From NCBI GenBank assembly GCA_964565195.1, contig CAZMCQ010000004.1, positions 133-64,132 of the forward strand: a stretch of 64,000 nt of DNA, in the 5' to 3' direction. Below are positions 1 through 8,540 of this stretch, one piece after another. The translations under genes were made by a program, and so were the position numbers. Below the pieces are notes generated by a model. That model was not told the DNA's origin. It saw nothing but the letters and a program-made list of their open reading frames with translations, and made no database searches. The stretch is from an uncultured Candidatus Saccharibacteria bacterium. Lineage in GTDB: Bacteria; Patescibacteriota; Doudnabacteria; UBA920; 2-01-FULL-46-14. The number at the start of each line of letters is the position of its first letter. The first letter of the stretch is position 1.

Positions 1-254
1 TCTGCTAAAATGAGATGGACTGAAGTGCGTTAAAAGGTGCTGTCAAAGACCGCCGGAAAAGCCCTCAACCGTCTCACTCTGGCCGGTTCTAAACGGAGTT
101 GGCACCCCATAATACAATACACAACAACATCCTTATAAACTTAAGAATGTAAGGATGTTTGGGTGGACGCAGCTCAACGGCTGAAACGCGTTTCAGCCGT
201 TGAAAGTAGCCGGAAACATTGAATCTGTGCAAGAAAATTGGCATAGATTACCCC

Positions 255-290
255 TGTAGGAAAATCAAAAACCGCAACCGGAGTTGCGGG
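255..290 (-). terminator. Putative intrinsic terminator of cdd. Minus-strand hairpin CCGCAAC-TCCGG-TTGCGG followed by a T-run that overlaps the stop codon.
   Basis: Inverted repeat ccgcaaccggagttgcgg at about 273-290; the reverse complement is followed by TTTTTGATTTT. Confidence 0.45.
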
Positions 291-744
291 ATGAAGCACT
301 AAAACCGTTTTGCTTCAGAAGTTCCTGGAGGGTGAAATATTCGCCAGGTTCGTTCTCGTTAATCGAGGCGCAATAGATCGGGGTTTGTCCGGACAGCCGA
401 TAGACTCTTTGCATGAGCTTTAAACACTCCAGGCAGGGACGCAGCGTTCGGTTCTGCTGCGGCTTACCAATAACCACAATGCCCTGGATGCTTTCATGGC
501 CGGCGAGTGAGGCATGCTTTATCGCCTGCTGTTCGGCGCAAACCTTCTGCCCGTTTTTTTTGGGCTTCAGGTTGGCGCCGCCGAAAATGCGGAGATTTTT
601 ACCGTTGGCGGCCAGCACGGCCGCGCCAACATGGTATCTGCGCCACGATACTGCGTATTTTTTTCTCTGCTGCCTGGCCTCTTTCAGCAAAAGTTCAATA
701 TTCTCTATGAAAACCAAAGGAACAGTTTTCAAGTGCTTTTTCAA
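265..744 (-). CDS. cdd: Cytidine deaminase (CMP/dCMP deaminase zinc-binding family).
   Basis: Zinc-ligand motifs VCAEQQAI (C/HAE) and PCLECLKLM (PCxxC); length 159 aa. Confidence 0.8.
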   Translation of the reverse strand: MKKHLKTVPLVFIENIELLLKEARQQRKKYAVSWRRYHVGAAVLAANGKNLRIFGGANLKPKKNGQKVCAEQQAIKHASLAGHESIQGIVVIGKPQQNRTLRPCLECLKLMQRVYRLSGQTPIYCASINENEPGEYFTLQELLKQNGFSASSRNSGCGF

Positions 745-856
745 TCTTTCCTCCTTTTATCTACAAAAAGCACTAGAATGAGTCTATCAGATTTTTTCGG
801 CGAAAGCCAGTGTTTTTATTTTGCCTCCCCGCCTCGGCTGGGGTATGATTATAATT

Positions 857-1213
857 ATGGAAATAGAGATTATTGACGAACCAATTACGCTTGACAGGCT
901 TGAGTTAGCTAAACGCCGCTGGTTTACGCTTTCGCTTGCCGAACAGCTCGGCAATGCTGGGAGTGAATTTGGCCGTGCGGCCGGCGCGCGGAGGCGGGGA
1001 GACGAGCCGCGTTTTGAGAGCGCGGCGACACGATTTTTTGAATTGATGATCCTCACTGTTGCTGATCCGCGGTGGCGCGGCCAGCGCCGTCGGGAACTGG
1101 CGCGCGTCAAAGAGCTTAGCGGCGATGCACTTTATGGGGATGACAAAGAAGCCGCAGCGTCGCTCGAGAAATATTTTTTCCAATTTGCCCTTTTGGCCCG
1201 CGCCGGCCGATAG
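857..1213 (+). CDS. Hypothetical small alpha-helical protein (ORF-track frame 821..1213, likely start ATG near 857 directly after a TATAAT).
   Basis: Only open frame in the 500-bp gap between cdd and msrB. No recognisable motif, and competing antisense ORFs exist. Confidence 0.25.
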   Translation: MEIEIIDEPITLDRLELAKRRWFTLSLAEQLGNAGSEFGRAAGARRRGDEPRFESAATRFFELMILTVADPRWRGQRRRELARVKELSGDALYGDDKEAAASLEKYFFQFALLARAGR

Positions 1214-1249
1214 GCATCGACAACCACGAGGATCGCGCCGCGTCTGCCG

Positions 1250-1675
1250 GTGGAGGGGAAGATTAAAAGGATCATCATATATATGAAAATCGACGAAGAG
1301 AAATTGAAAAAACAGCTCACGTCGGAGCAGTATCATATCCTGCGCGAGAAGGGGACCGAGGCGCCGTTTTCGAGCGAACTGTTGCACGCCAAAGGTCCGG
1401 GGATGTTTGCCTGCGCAGTCTGTGGTAATCAACTCTTTTCTTCAGATGCCAAATTTGACTCCGGCACCGGCTGGCCGAGCTTTGATGAGGCCCTGCCTCG
1501 AGCGATCGAGTTTTCTCCCGACAGCTCGCAAGGGATGAGTCGCACCGAGGTAACCTGCGCCACTTGCGGCTCGCACCTTGGCCATGTTTTTGACGATGGT
1601 CCGGCGGAAACTACGGGCAAGCGGTTTTGCATCAACGGCGCGTGCTTGGTGATGAAGCAAGGAAATCAGAAGTAA
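1250..1675 (+). CDS. msrB: Peptide methionine sulfoxide reductase MsrB (probable true start at the internal Met near 1283).
   Basis: CAVCGNQLFSSDAKFDSGTGWPSF and RTEVTCATCGSHLGHVFDDGP (SelR signature, CxxC pairs). Confidence 0.9.
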   Translation: MEGKIKRIIIYMKIDEEKLKKQLTSEQYHILREKGTEAPFSSELLHAKGPGMFACAVCGNQLFSSDAKFDSGTGWPSFDEALPRAIEFSPDSSQGMSRTEVTCATCGSHLGHVFDDGPAETTGKRFCINGACLVMKQGNQK

Positions 1676-1771
1676 AAAAAATCGCCCTGCCCTTGGCTCT
1701 GTAAGCCCCGCCGTTTGACTGGAGCGGTTTTTTCTGCTATCCTCTTTGATCATCTTCAAGGAGGAACAGGG

Positions 1772-2434
1772 ATGGAATATTGGGTGGAATATCAGCAGTG
1801 GGGCTGGAATGCCCTGACGCTAAGTTTCCTGGCCACGGTGCTCTTGAGCATTTTTGACGGCTACGGGCTCTGGGACCAACGGCGAAAGATTAAAGAAGAA
1901 GAATCGGTCAGGTCGCTCGGCACGATTTGGTTTTTAAACCAGATGTTCGTCTTCGCGCAGTTTTTGCTTTATGGCATTTACATCCGGAGCTTCGCGCTGG
2001 CTTTCCACGGCCTGGAATTTTTTCTCCATCTGCCGATCCTGCTCTACATTTGGAAGTATCACTGGAAGGAGAAAGGGACGACAGCGTGGGAAAAGTTCTG
2101 GCTTGGAACATTTGTACTGACAACAGCCGGAATCATCGCACTGCCGGAGTGGCGCACAGAGCTCTTTTCGGTGATGTACCTCTCGCGGCTGCCGGCTTTT
2201 ATGAACAAGCCGTGGGCGATCTGGAAGGAAAAATCTCCGGGCGTGGTCAGCATCAAAATGGTGCTCATCTTTCTCGCGGGGTCAGTGTTCTGGGTGATCT
2301 ACGCATTTAAATTTGGGCGAAGTTTCATCCTCAAGTTTATGTGCACCGCGATTGGTCTCATCTTGTTCGCCACCTTGCTCCTTTGGCTATATTTCTCCTA
2401 CAAGGAAAAGGAGGCGCGAATAGCGGCGGCTTGA
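1772..2434 (+). CDS. Hypothetical polytopic membrane protein.
   Basis: GGAGG RBS at 1761-1765 lies 6 nt before the ATG at 1772. There are multiple hydrophobic helices. The track ORF starts upstream at 1715. Confidence 0.6.
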   Translation: MEYWVEYQQWGWNALTLSFLATVLLSIFDGYGLWDQRRKIKEEESVRSLGTIWFLNQMFVFAQFLLYGIYIRSFALAFHGLEFFLHLPILLYIWKYHWKEKGTTAWEKFWLGTFVLTTAGIIALPEWRTELFSVMYLSRLPAFMNKPWAIWKEKSPGVVSIKMVLIFLAGSVFWVIYAFKFGRSFILKFMCTAIGLILFATLLLWLYFSYKEKEARIAAA

Positions 2435-2508
2435 AAGTTGTAAAGGCGCGGAAGCGTGGTCATTGACCGCCTTTCCGCGCCGTATTTTTTTATGTTAAAA
2501 TTCAGTTT

Positions 2509-3366
2509 GTGGATTTGAAATACGAATTTAAAACTCTTTACGATCCCGGAACGGCCAAGGTGCGGGAGGATAAATTTGTCGCGGCGCCGCCGTTTTTTGC
2601 CGTGTTCGACGGCGCAAGCGGGCTCTATCACCCGGACACTGGACCACAGAAGTTTGATGGCGTGGCTGGCGGGCAAAAAGCCGTGGAACTGGCCGTGGAG
2701 GCGGTGAAGAACGCGCCAAGCAGTGATTCGATTGAGGATGTGGCGCTTCGCATCAACGAGGCACTTCGGAAATTTATAAAAGCGAACGCGCTCGATCCCG
2801 CGCATCCGGAAAATTTGCCGGGTATGGAATTCGCTGCCGCCAAAGTTTCGGATGCAGGCATAGATATTATCCAGGGCGGCGACACGTTCGCGGTTTGGGT
2901 GAAAAAAGACGGCCGCAGCGGCGCGACGCCGAATCAAAATTATTCATACGAAAAAGCGCTTATTGAACTTCTGCAGCCGCTCATTGAGAAGCACAAGGGA
3001 GACGGCAAGGCCTATTGGCAGGAATATCTGCCGCTCATCGCCAAAGCGCGGCGCGAACGCGCGAACAAAGGCGGAGCAAAAGATTATGTAGTGCTAAACG
3101 GCGATCCGGCAGTGGAAAAAGTTTGGAATAAAATTGCATTCGCCCCCGGGGATTTGCAAAAACTTTTCCTCTTCACTGACGGCTTCGTAGATTTTCCGGA
3201 AACGCGCGACGAAAAAACTATGGCGGCCTTGATTGCCGAGACTTACGCCCAAGGCGGCTTCTCAAAATTATTGTCGCGAATTCGCGAGATTGAAACGCAC
3301 GAACTCAAGAAGCGGCACATTGACCATGCGGAAGCCACTGCCATCGCGATTGAATTTGCGGTATAA
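2509..3366 (+). CDS. PP2C-family (PPM) Ser/Thr phosphatase-like protein.
   Basis: FAVFDGASGLYHPDTG resembles the PP2C motif FxVxDGHGG; a later motif is FLFTDGFVDF. Confidence 0.5.
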   Translation: MDLKYEFKTLYDPGTAKVREDKFVAAPPFFAVFDGASGLYHPDTGPQKFDGVAGGQKAVELAVEAVKNAPSSDSIEDVALRINEALRKFIKANALDPAHPENLPGMEFAAAKVSDAGIDIIQGGDTFAVWVKKDGRSGATPNQNYSYEKALIELLQPLIEKHKGDGKAYWQEYLPLIAKARRERANKGGAKDYVVLNGDPAVEKVWNKIAFAPGDLQKLFLFTDGFVDFPETRDEKTMAALIAETYAQGGFSKLLSRIREIETHELKKRHIDHAEATAIAIEFAV

Positions 3367-3378
3367 TTTTCTATCGGA

Positions 3379-4422
3379 ATGAAAAATAAAATTTTTTTAA
3401 TGATCATCGCGGCCGTTCTGGCAATCCCATTTGTCGCCGCGACGAAGGATGGAAAGAAGGTTTTGCTGGATCGCAGCGGAATTTTGCCGGGTTGGCAAGT
3501 CGTGGCAGACGAACGGACTGCGGTGGAACCCGTGGCCGAGGGCTATTTGCTGAAAAATTTCGGCACGACAAATTTTGTTTACACTGAAGTGTTTGGTTAC
3601 CGAGACTATGACCGACTGCTTTTGGTTTTGCAAAATTCGGCGCCGCTTCAACTCCGGATTATTCCTGACATCACGACAACCGCGAATTATACTTTTGAAA
3701 ATGAATTGGCCATTCCGGCTTCTGCCAGCCCGAGAACATACCAGTTTTCGCTGCGCTACCCCAACTTCAGGCAGATTAACAATTTTGGAATAAAATTTAT
3801 CACCGCGGAAAGCGCCGAGATTTTGATTCAGGAGATTAGTCTAGAGAAAGCATCGCTTTGGCAAAATTTGGGCCAGGCCGCCAGAGATTATTTCCACGCT
3901 GCCCCGTATTCGCCTTTTACGGTCAATGTCCTGGCCACGCCGCGAATTTTTGGCCGTTCGGCTTTTGTCTATTTTTTGCCGGTATTTCTGGGCCTTGCAG
4001 GATTGTTGTTTTCGCGCCGCTTCCGCCGCGGCGCGCTGTGGGGACTTTTGGCGTTGTGGCTTTTGACTGATTTTCGCATGGGCTATGAATTTTTGCGCTA
4101 TCAAATGGCAGATTATCAAACCTGGGTCAAGCCGCCTGCGTCGCAGAAGGTTTTGCGGAGTTATGGCAATTTTTATGCTTTTCTCGATTGGCTTTCCAAA
4201 AATTTACCTGCAGAAACGGCGGCCGTCAATTTTTACTCATCCGACACCGCTCATTTTCCGCGCCTCGCGCAGTATTATCTTTATCCGATCAGGGTTTTTC
4301 CAGAATCGCGTGAGATGGGAGCGGTCTACGTGATTTATCAAAAACCGGCAAGTCCGTTGCCAGAGGAAGGGCGAGTGATCGCTTCTTTTGACGAGCAATC
4401 ATTCATTTTCGTAAGTCCATGA
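3379..4422 (+). CDS. Hypothetical secreted or membrane-anchored protein.
   Basis: N-terminal signal peptide MKNKIFLMIIAAVLAIPFVAA; C-terminal hydrophobic segments; ATGA overlap with the next gene. Confidence 0.6.
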   Translation: MKNKIFLMIIAAVLAIPFVAATKDGKKVLLDRSGILPGWQVVADERTAVEPVAEGYLLKNFGTTNFVYTEVFGYRDYDRLLLVLQNSAPLQLRIIPDITTTANYTFENELAIPASASPRTYQFSLRYPNFRQINNFGIKFITAESAEILIQEISLEKASLWQNLGQAARDYFHAAPYSPFTVNVLATPRIFGRSAFVYFLPVFLGLAGLLFSRRFRRGALWGLLALWLLTDFRMGYEFLRYQMADYQTWVKPPASQKVLRSYGNFYAFLDWLSKNLPAETAAVNFYSSDTAHFPRLAQYYLYPIRVFPESREMGAVYVIYQKPASPLPEEGRVIASFDEQSFIFVSP

Positions 4423-5771
4423 CCTGGCTTTATTTAAAGTTAATGCTTGCTTACTTTCTGCCATTCGTCCTTGGTTATTTGCTGGTGCGCCTTCTTGACT
4501 ATGAGCGAAAATTTTCCGGCGGCTTGATCATATTTAGCGCCTTGCCGGTCGGGTTCGGCCTCTTTACCCTGCAGGTATTTACCGCCGGGGTCTTGGGCGC
4601 GCCGCTTCGGCTGCCAACCTTTTTGGCAATTCTGCTTGTTGATCTGGCAGTTTTGCTATCCTCGGTATTTTGGTGGCGCATACCGCTTTGGCCGCGGAAT
4701 TTTTCATTCCGTTTCTCCGGATCAAAATTATTATGGAGTATCATTATTTTAATCTTGTTTTTCAAGATCGGCGCGGCCGTTTGGCAGATCATGCATACGC
4801 CGGTCTATGAGTTCGATGCCTGGAATACCTGGGATTTGCGGGGCAAAGTGATTTACACGGAAGCAAGGATCCCTTTAGACAGGACCGAGCCGTTTTATCT
4901 AGGCGGCGGACTGAATAGTTATCCTTTGAACGACGCATTGTGGAAAGTCTGGGTCGCGAGCATGCTCGGTTCGTGGCAGGAAGGACTTATCAATCTTTAC
5001 AGTGTAGTTTTTTACGCCCTTTTGCTTGGACTTTTTTATTTTCTGCTGCCGCAAGCGTGGTCAGCAAACTTCCGGCTGTTTTCGACTTATGCTCTGGCCA
5101 GTCTGCCCTTTTTATATTTCCATTCCTGGGTCGCGTATGCGGATCTGGAGCTTGCCCTCTATTTATTTTTGGCCGTCGCCGCCGGGTGGCGGTTTCTCAG
5201 AGATTCCTATTCGTCATACCTTTTTTTATCGGCCGTCGCCTTGGGACTGGCCATCTGGACCAAAAACGAGGGCTTGGTCATTCTCGCGCCCGCGCTTTTC
5301 CTGCTTACTGTTTATTTCACTTTCCGCAAGTCGCTTTCTAAAAAACAGCTCCTGCAATACTGGCTTCTGGCTTTCGTTGCGGCGTCGCCCTGGCTTATTT
5401 TTCGGTTCGTAAATCAGCTGGACCTGCTCAACGGCAACTCGAGTTCGTTTCAAATAGTTTTGAATTCACCATTTTTTCCTGACTGGTTCTCATCCGTGTT
5501 TCTGCGCAGCCATTTCAATTTTTTGTGGCCGTTGTTATTCCTGCTGGTTGTTTGGCAATGGCGCGCCATCCGGAGCACCGCCGCGCTTCGGTATTTGGCT
5601 ATCACCGCAGGACTTCTGTTTTCGTTCTACAATGGTATCGTCTTGTTCACGGACCGCGCGTATGATCTAAGCGTGCTGGCGCGGGCGGATCTGCAGATCG
5701 TTCCGGTGGCCGTGTTTTTGTGCGCCTTGCTTCTTCATCCGCTAGTGTTCCGAAGTGGGAATGAAAAATAA
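4419..5771 (+). CDS. Large polytopic membrane protein, possibly a GT-C (family 39/ArnT-like) glycosyltransferase.
   Basis: At least 10 predicted TM helices with long loops; translationally coupled to the upstream secreted protein. The family assignment is a guess. Confidence 0.5.
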   Translation: MTWLYLKLMLAYFLPFVLGYLLVRLLDYERKFSGGLIIFSALPVGFGLFTLQVFTAGVLGAPLRLPTFLAILLVDLAVLLSSVFWWRIPLWPRNFSFRFSGSKLLWSIIILILFFKIGAAVWQIMHTPVYEFDAWNTWDLRGKVIYTEARIPLDRTEPFYLGGGLNSYPLNDALWKVWVASMLGSWQEGLINLYSVVFYALLLGLFYFLLPQAWSANFRLFSTYALASLPFLYFHSWVAYADLELALYLFLAVAAGWRFLRDSYSSYLFLSAVALGLAIWTKNEGLVILAPALFLLTVYFTFRKSLSKKQLLQYWLLAFVAASPWLIFRFVNQLDLLNGNSSSFQIVLNSPFFPDWFSSVFLRSHFNFLWPLLFLLVVWQWRAIRSTAALRYLAITAGLLFSFYNGIVLFTDRAYDLSVLARADLQIVPVAVFLCALLLHPLVFRSGNEK

Positions 5772-6339
5772 AGTTTGGCTGCTTCTGTTTGGCGCGGCGA
5801 TTCTCGCTTTTGGCTCTTATTACCGCGTCAACTTGAGTCCGCTGCATTCGCGCGTCGCGGGCGTGGTTTTGGATCGGACCGTCAAAACCGAACATGGCGC
5901 TTTTATCAAAGTCGCCGAAGCCGTGGACGGCGATACAGTCCTGCTGATCAACGGCGAGCGCCTGCGCTACATTGGCATTGATACGCCGGAAGAAGTGGAT
6001 GAGCGCAAACCCGTGCAATGCTATGCGCGCGAAGCCGCCGCAAAAAACCGGCAGCTCGTTGCCGGCACAAATATCAAATTTTACAAAGACGTGAACGAAA
6101 AAGATATTTACGGCCGGTGGCTGGGGTTTGTTTATCTCGAGGATGGGACGTTTGTCAATTTGGAATTAGTCAGGCAGGGGTTTGCCTTTGCCTATCCCTA
6201 TCCGCCGGATATTTCCAAGAGCGCGGAGTTCGCGCAAGCTGAAACATTTGCCCGCGAAAATAAACTTGGCCTGTGGGGCGGGCAGTGCACCATTACCAAG
6301 CTTAAAAGTGGACGATCGCAGACCAATCCGATAGAATAA
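5755..6339 (+). CDS. Thermonuclease (staphylococcal nuclease, SNase) family protein, secreted.
   Basis: VDGDTVLLINGERLRYIGIDTPE ... YGRWLGFVYLEDGTFVNLELVRQGFAFAY ... NKLGLWGG. Confidence 0.85.
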   Translation: MGMKNKVWLLLFGAAILAFGSYYRVNLSPLHSRVAGVVLDRTVKTEHGAFIKVAEAVDGDTVLLINGERLRYIGIDTPEEVDERKPVQCYAREAAAKNRQLVAGTNIKFYKDVNEKDIYGRWLGFVYLEDGTFVNLELVRQGFAFAYPYPPDISKSAEFAQAETFARENKLGLWGGQCTITKLKSGRSQTNPIE

Positions 6340-6347
6340 CTTTCGCT

Positions 6348-7109
6348 ATGAGTCTGCTTGCAAAAATCATTCTGGCGAGTTTGTTCGGGGGAATTTTGGC
6401 GCTCATCGGCGGGATCGCGCTGCTGTTTCGGACAACCTGGGTGAGAAAGTTTGCGGTGCATTTCACCTCCTTTGCGGTCGGCGTGCTGCTGGCCGCCGCG
6501 TTTTTGGATCTCTTGCCCGAGGGCCTCGCACTGGCCGGCGAGCATTTCCAGCCGGTTTTGCTGATGGCGCTTGCGGGCATTTTGGGGATGTTTCTCCTCG
6601 AGCAGCTCGTCTACAAATTTCACCCTCATCACCACGAGGATACTCCCGAGCACCATCACCCCGTGCCGGTGATGCTCATGCTCGGCGATACCACGCATAA
6701 CTTCATTGACGGGGTTTTGATCGCGATAACTTTTTTGACTGACCCTGCGCTCGGCGTCCTCGCCACGCTCGCGGTGTTTGCGCACGAGTTGCCGCAGGAG
6801 ATCAGCGATTTTTCCGTGATGTTAAACCACGGCTGGGGACGGGCCAGAGTGCTGTGGATGAATATTATTTCTTCCCTGGCCAGTCTCGCGGGCGCGCTTG
6901 TTGCTTTTTCCGCCCGCGCATTTATCGAACCGTTTTTGCCGCAAATGCTCGGGCTGACAGGCGGCATTTTCCTCTATATTGCCATGGCTGACCTCATGGC
7001 CGATATTTCGACCGAAAAATTCCGTGACAAAACCTGGCACGTGATTCTGTTAGTCTGTTTGGGCGTTTTGAGCATCTGGATCCTGGGCACCCTGTTTGTA
7101 GAGAACTAG
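6348..7109 (+). CDS. zupT: ZIP family divalent metal transporter (ZupT-like).
   Basis: HNFIDGVLIA and HELPQEISDF signature helices; His-rich loop HPHHHEDTPEHHHP. Confidence 0.85.
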   Translation: MSLLAKIILASLFGGILALIGGIALLFRTTWVRKFAVHFTSFAVGVLLAAAFLDLLPEGLALAGEHFQPVLLMALAGILGMFLLEQLVYKFHPHHHEDTPEHHHPVPVMLMLGDTTHNFIDGVLIAITFLTDPALGVLATLAVFAHELPQEISDFSVMLNHGWGRARVLWMNIISSLASLAGALVAFSARAFIEPFLPQMLGLTGGIFLYIAMADLMADISTEKFRDKTWHVILLVCLGVLSIWILGTLFVEN

Positions 7110-7123
7110 ATTGTGGATAACTT

Positions 7124-7155
7124 TTTTGACAAATTTGACAAATAGTTCACATAAT
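7124..7155 (+). promoter_or_regulatory. Sigma70-like promoter with a tandem TTTGACAAA direct repeat.
   Basis: TTGACA (7126-7131), 18-nt spacer, CATAAT (7150-7155); AAGGAG RBS at about 7192 before the ATG at 7205. Confidence 0.5.
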
Positions 7156-7204
7156 AAAGGTGCAAAATTTATCAATTAAGAAATAAATATCAAGGAGCAA
7201 AGCA

Positions 7205-8515
7205 ATGAGAAATAAATGGCTCATTGGAACAGGCATAGCTGTTCTAAGTGTTTTGTTTAGTGTCAGTGTTGCCTATGCGGCGCTCACTTTTACGGCCACG
7301 GCGGTAACAAGTGACGGCGCTTTAACATTAACTACAGGTGCTGCATCAACGGCAGTAACTGTGACTTATGGCATTAGCGCCAATGCGGCCACGACCACGG
7401 ATTCCCTCTATGTCGGCGGCCTTGCCCAGCACACGGGCGCCACAGCCTCGGCCACAGCCCTGGTCCTTGGTAGCGACGTTTCGCTTTACCGCAGCGCGGC
7501 CAACTTCCTGACGATAGGGCAGGCAGGACTCGGGATTCCCACGGCCACGGCTTCGGGGACTGGTTTGGTGATCGGCGGTGATGTGACGCTGTTCCGCAGT
7601 GCTGCCAACACTTTGAAAATCCAAGGCAATCTGGCCAATGCCACCACCACGGATTCCCTCTATGTCGGCGGCCTCGCCCAGCTCACTGGCGCCACAGCTT
7701 CGGCTACGGCTCTGGTGATCGGCGGGGATATACCGATTTACCGTTTATTCGCTAATAGCTTGGCGGTAGTAGCAGGTCAGCAGCTTCTCGCCTCGACAGC
7801 TTCGGCAACAGCTTTGACGATCGGCGGCGACGTCCCGCTCTTCCGCTCCGCTGCCAACACTTTGAAAATCCAAGGCAATCTGGCCAATGCCACCACCACG
7901 GATTCCCTCTATGTCGGCGGCGTATTGCAACATACGGCAGGAACAGCTTCGGCTACGGCTCTGGTCATCGGCGGCGACGTCCCGCTCTTCCGCAATGCCG
8001 CCAACCAGCTGCGACTGCAGGGGACGCTGTCCGTCTCGGCCGGCGTCACGCCAAATGCGGCCACCACCACGGACTCCCTCTATGTCGGCGGCGTATTGCA
8101 ACACACGGCAGGAACAGCTTCGGCTACGGCTCTGGTGATCGGCAACGATGTGCCGCTCTTCCGCAACGCCGCCAATCAGTTGAGATTACAGGGCACACTT
8201 TCGGTTTCAGATGGCGTGACGCCGAATGCCGCCACGACTACCGACTCACTCCGTGTCGGTGGTATTGCGCAGATTGTCAGCTTTACTTCTTTGGCCACGA
8301 CTTCAGCGACCACGACTCGTTCCTTACTCGTTGGTGCCCCTGCTGGTACCGCAACTACCACACTTTCCTTCGGCAACGTATCAGGATCAAAGGGTAACTG
8401 TATTGAGATGAGTAGAGAGGGAACTAGTTACCGCATGTTCCTGACAGCCAGTTCGGGCATGCAGACTGTGGCCGGTGTCGGGCTGCAAGTGGAAGCCGGT
8501 TCCTGCCGCGACTAA
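7205..8515 (+). CDS. Secreted repetitive surface protein (Thr/Ala-rich tandem repeats, adhesin-like beta-solenoid candidate).
   Basis: Signal peptide; at least 5 repeats of T(T)TDSLYVGG(L/V)AQ(H/L)T(G/A)ATASATALVIGGDVPLFR(S/N)AAN(T/Q)L(K/R)(I/L)QG(N/T)L. Confidence 0.7.
   Translation: MRNKWLIGTGIAVLSVLFSVSVAYAALTFTATAVTSDGALTLTTGAASTAVTVTYGISANAATTTDSLYVGGLAQHTGATASATALVLGSDVSLYRSAANFLTIGQAGLGIPTATASGTGLVIGGDVTLFRSAANTLKIQGNLANATTTDSLYVGGLAQLTGATASATALVIGGDIPIYRLFANSLAVVAGQQLLASTASATALTIGGDVPLFRSAANTLKIQGNLANATTTDSLYVGGVLQHTAGTASATALVIGGDVPLFRNAANQLRLQGTLSVSAGVTPNAATTTDSLYVGGVLQHTAGTASATALVIGNDVPLFRNAANQLRLQGTLSVSDGVTPNAATTTDSLRVGGIAQIVSFTSLATTSATTTRSLLVGAPAGTATTTLSFGNVSGSKGNCIEMSREGTSYRMFLTASSGMQTVAGVGLQVEAGSCRD
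7603..8195 (+). repeat. Nucleotide-level tandem duplications inside the surface-protein gene.
   Basis: Exact 68-69-nt copy at 7603-7670 and 7852-7920. Near-identical blocks of about 90 nt at 7930-8020 and 8103-8195. Confidence 0.8.
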
Positions 8516-8540
8516 GGCTTGTTAAAGGCAGGTTAATTTT

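Noticed and set aside
30-112. SRP (4.5S) RNA suggested by a GGTGCTGT start and GCACC end.
   Set aside because: The conserved domain IV motif (AGGUCAGGUCCGGAAGGAAGCAGC) is not present. Only the terminal helix pairs.
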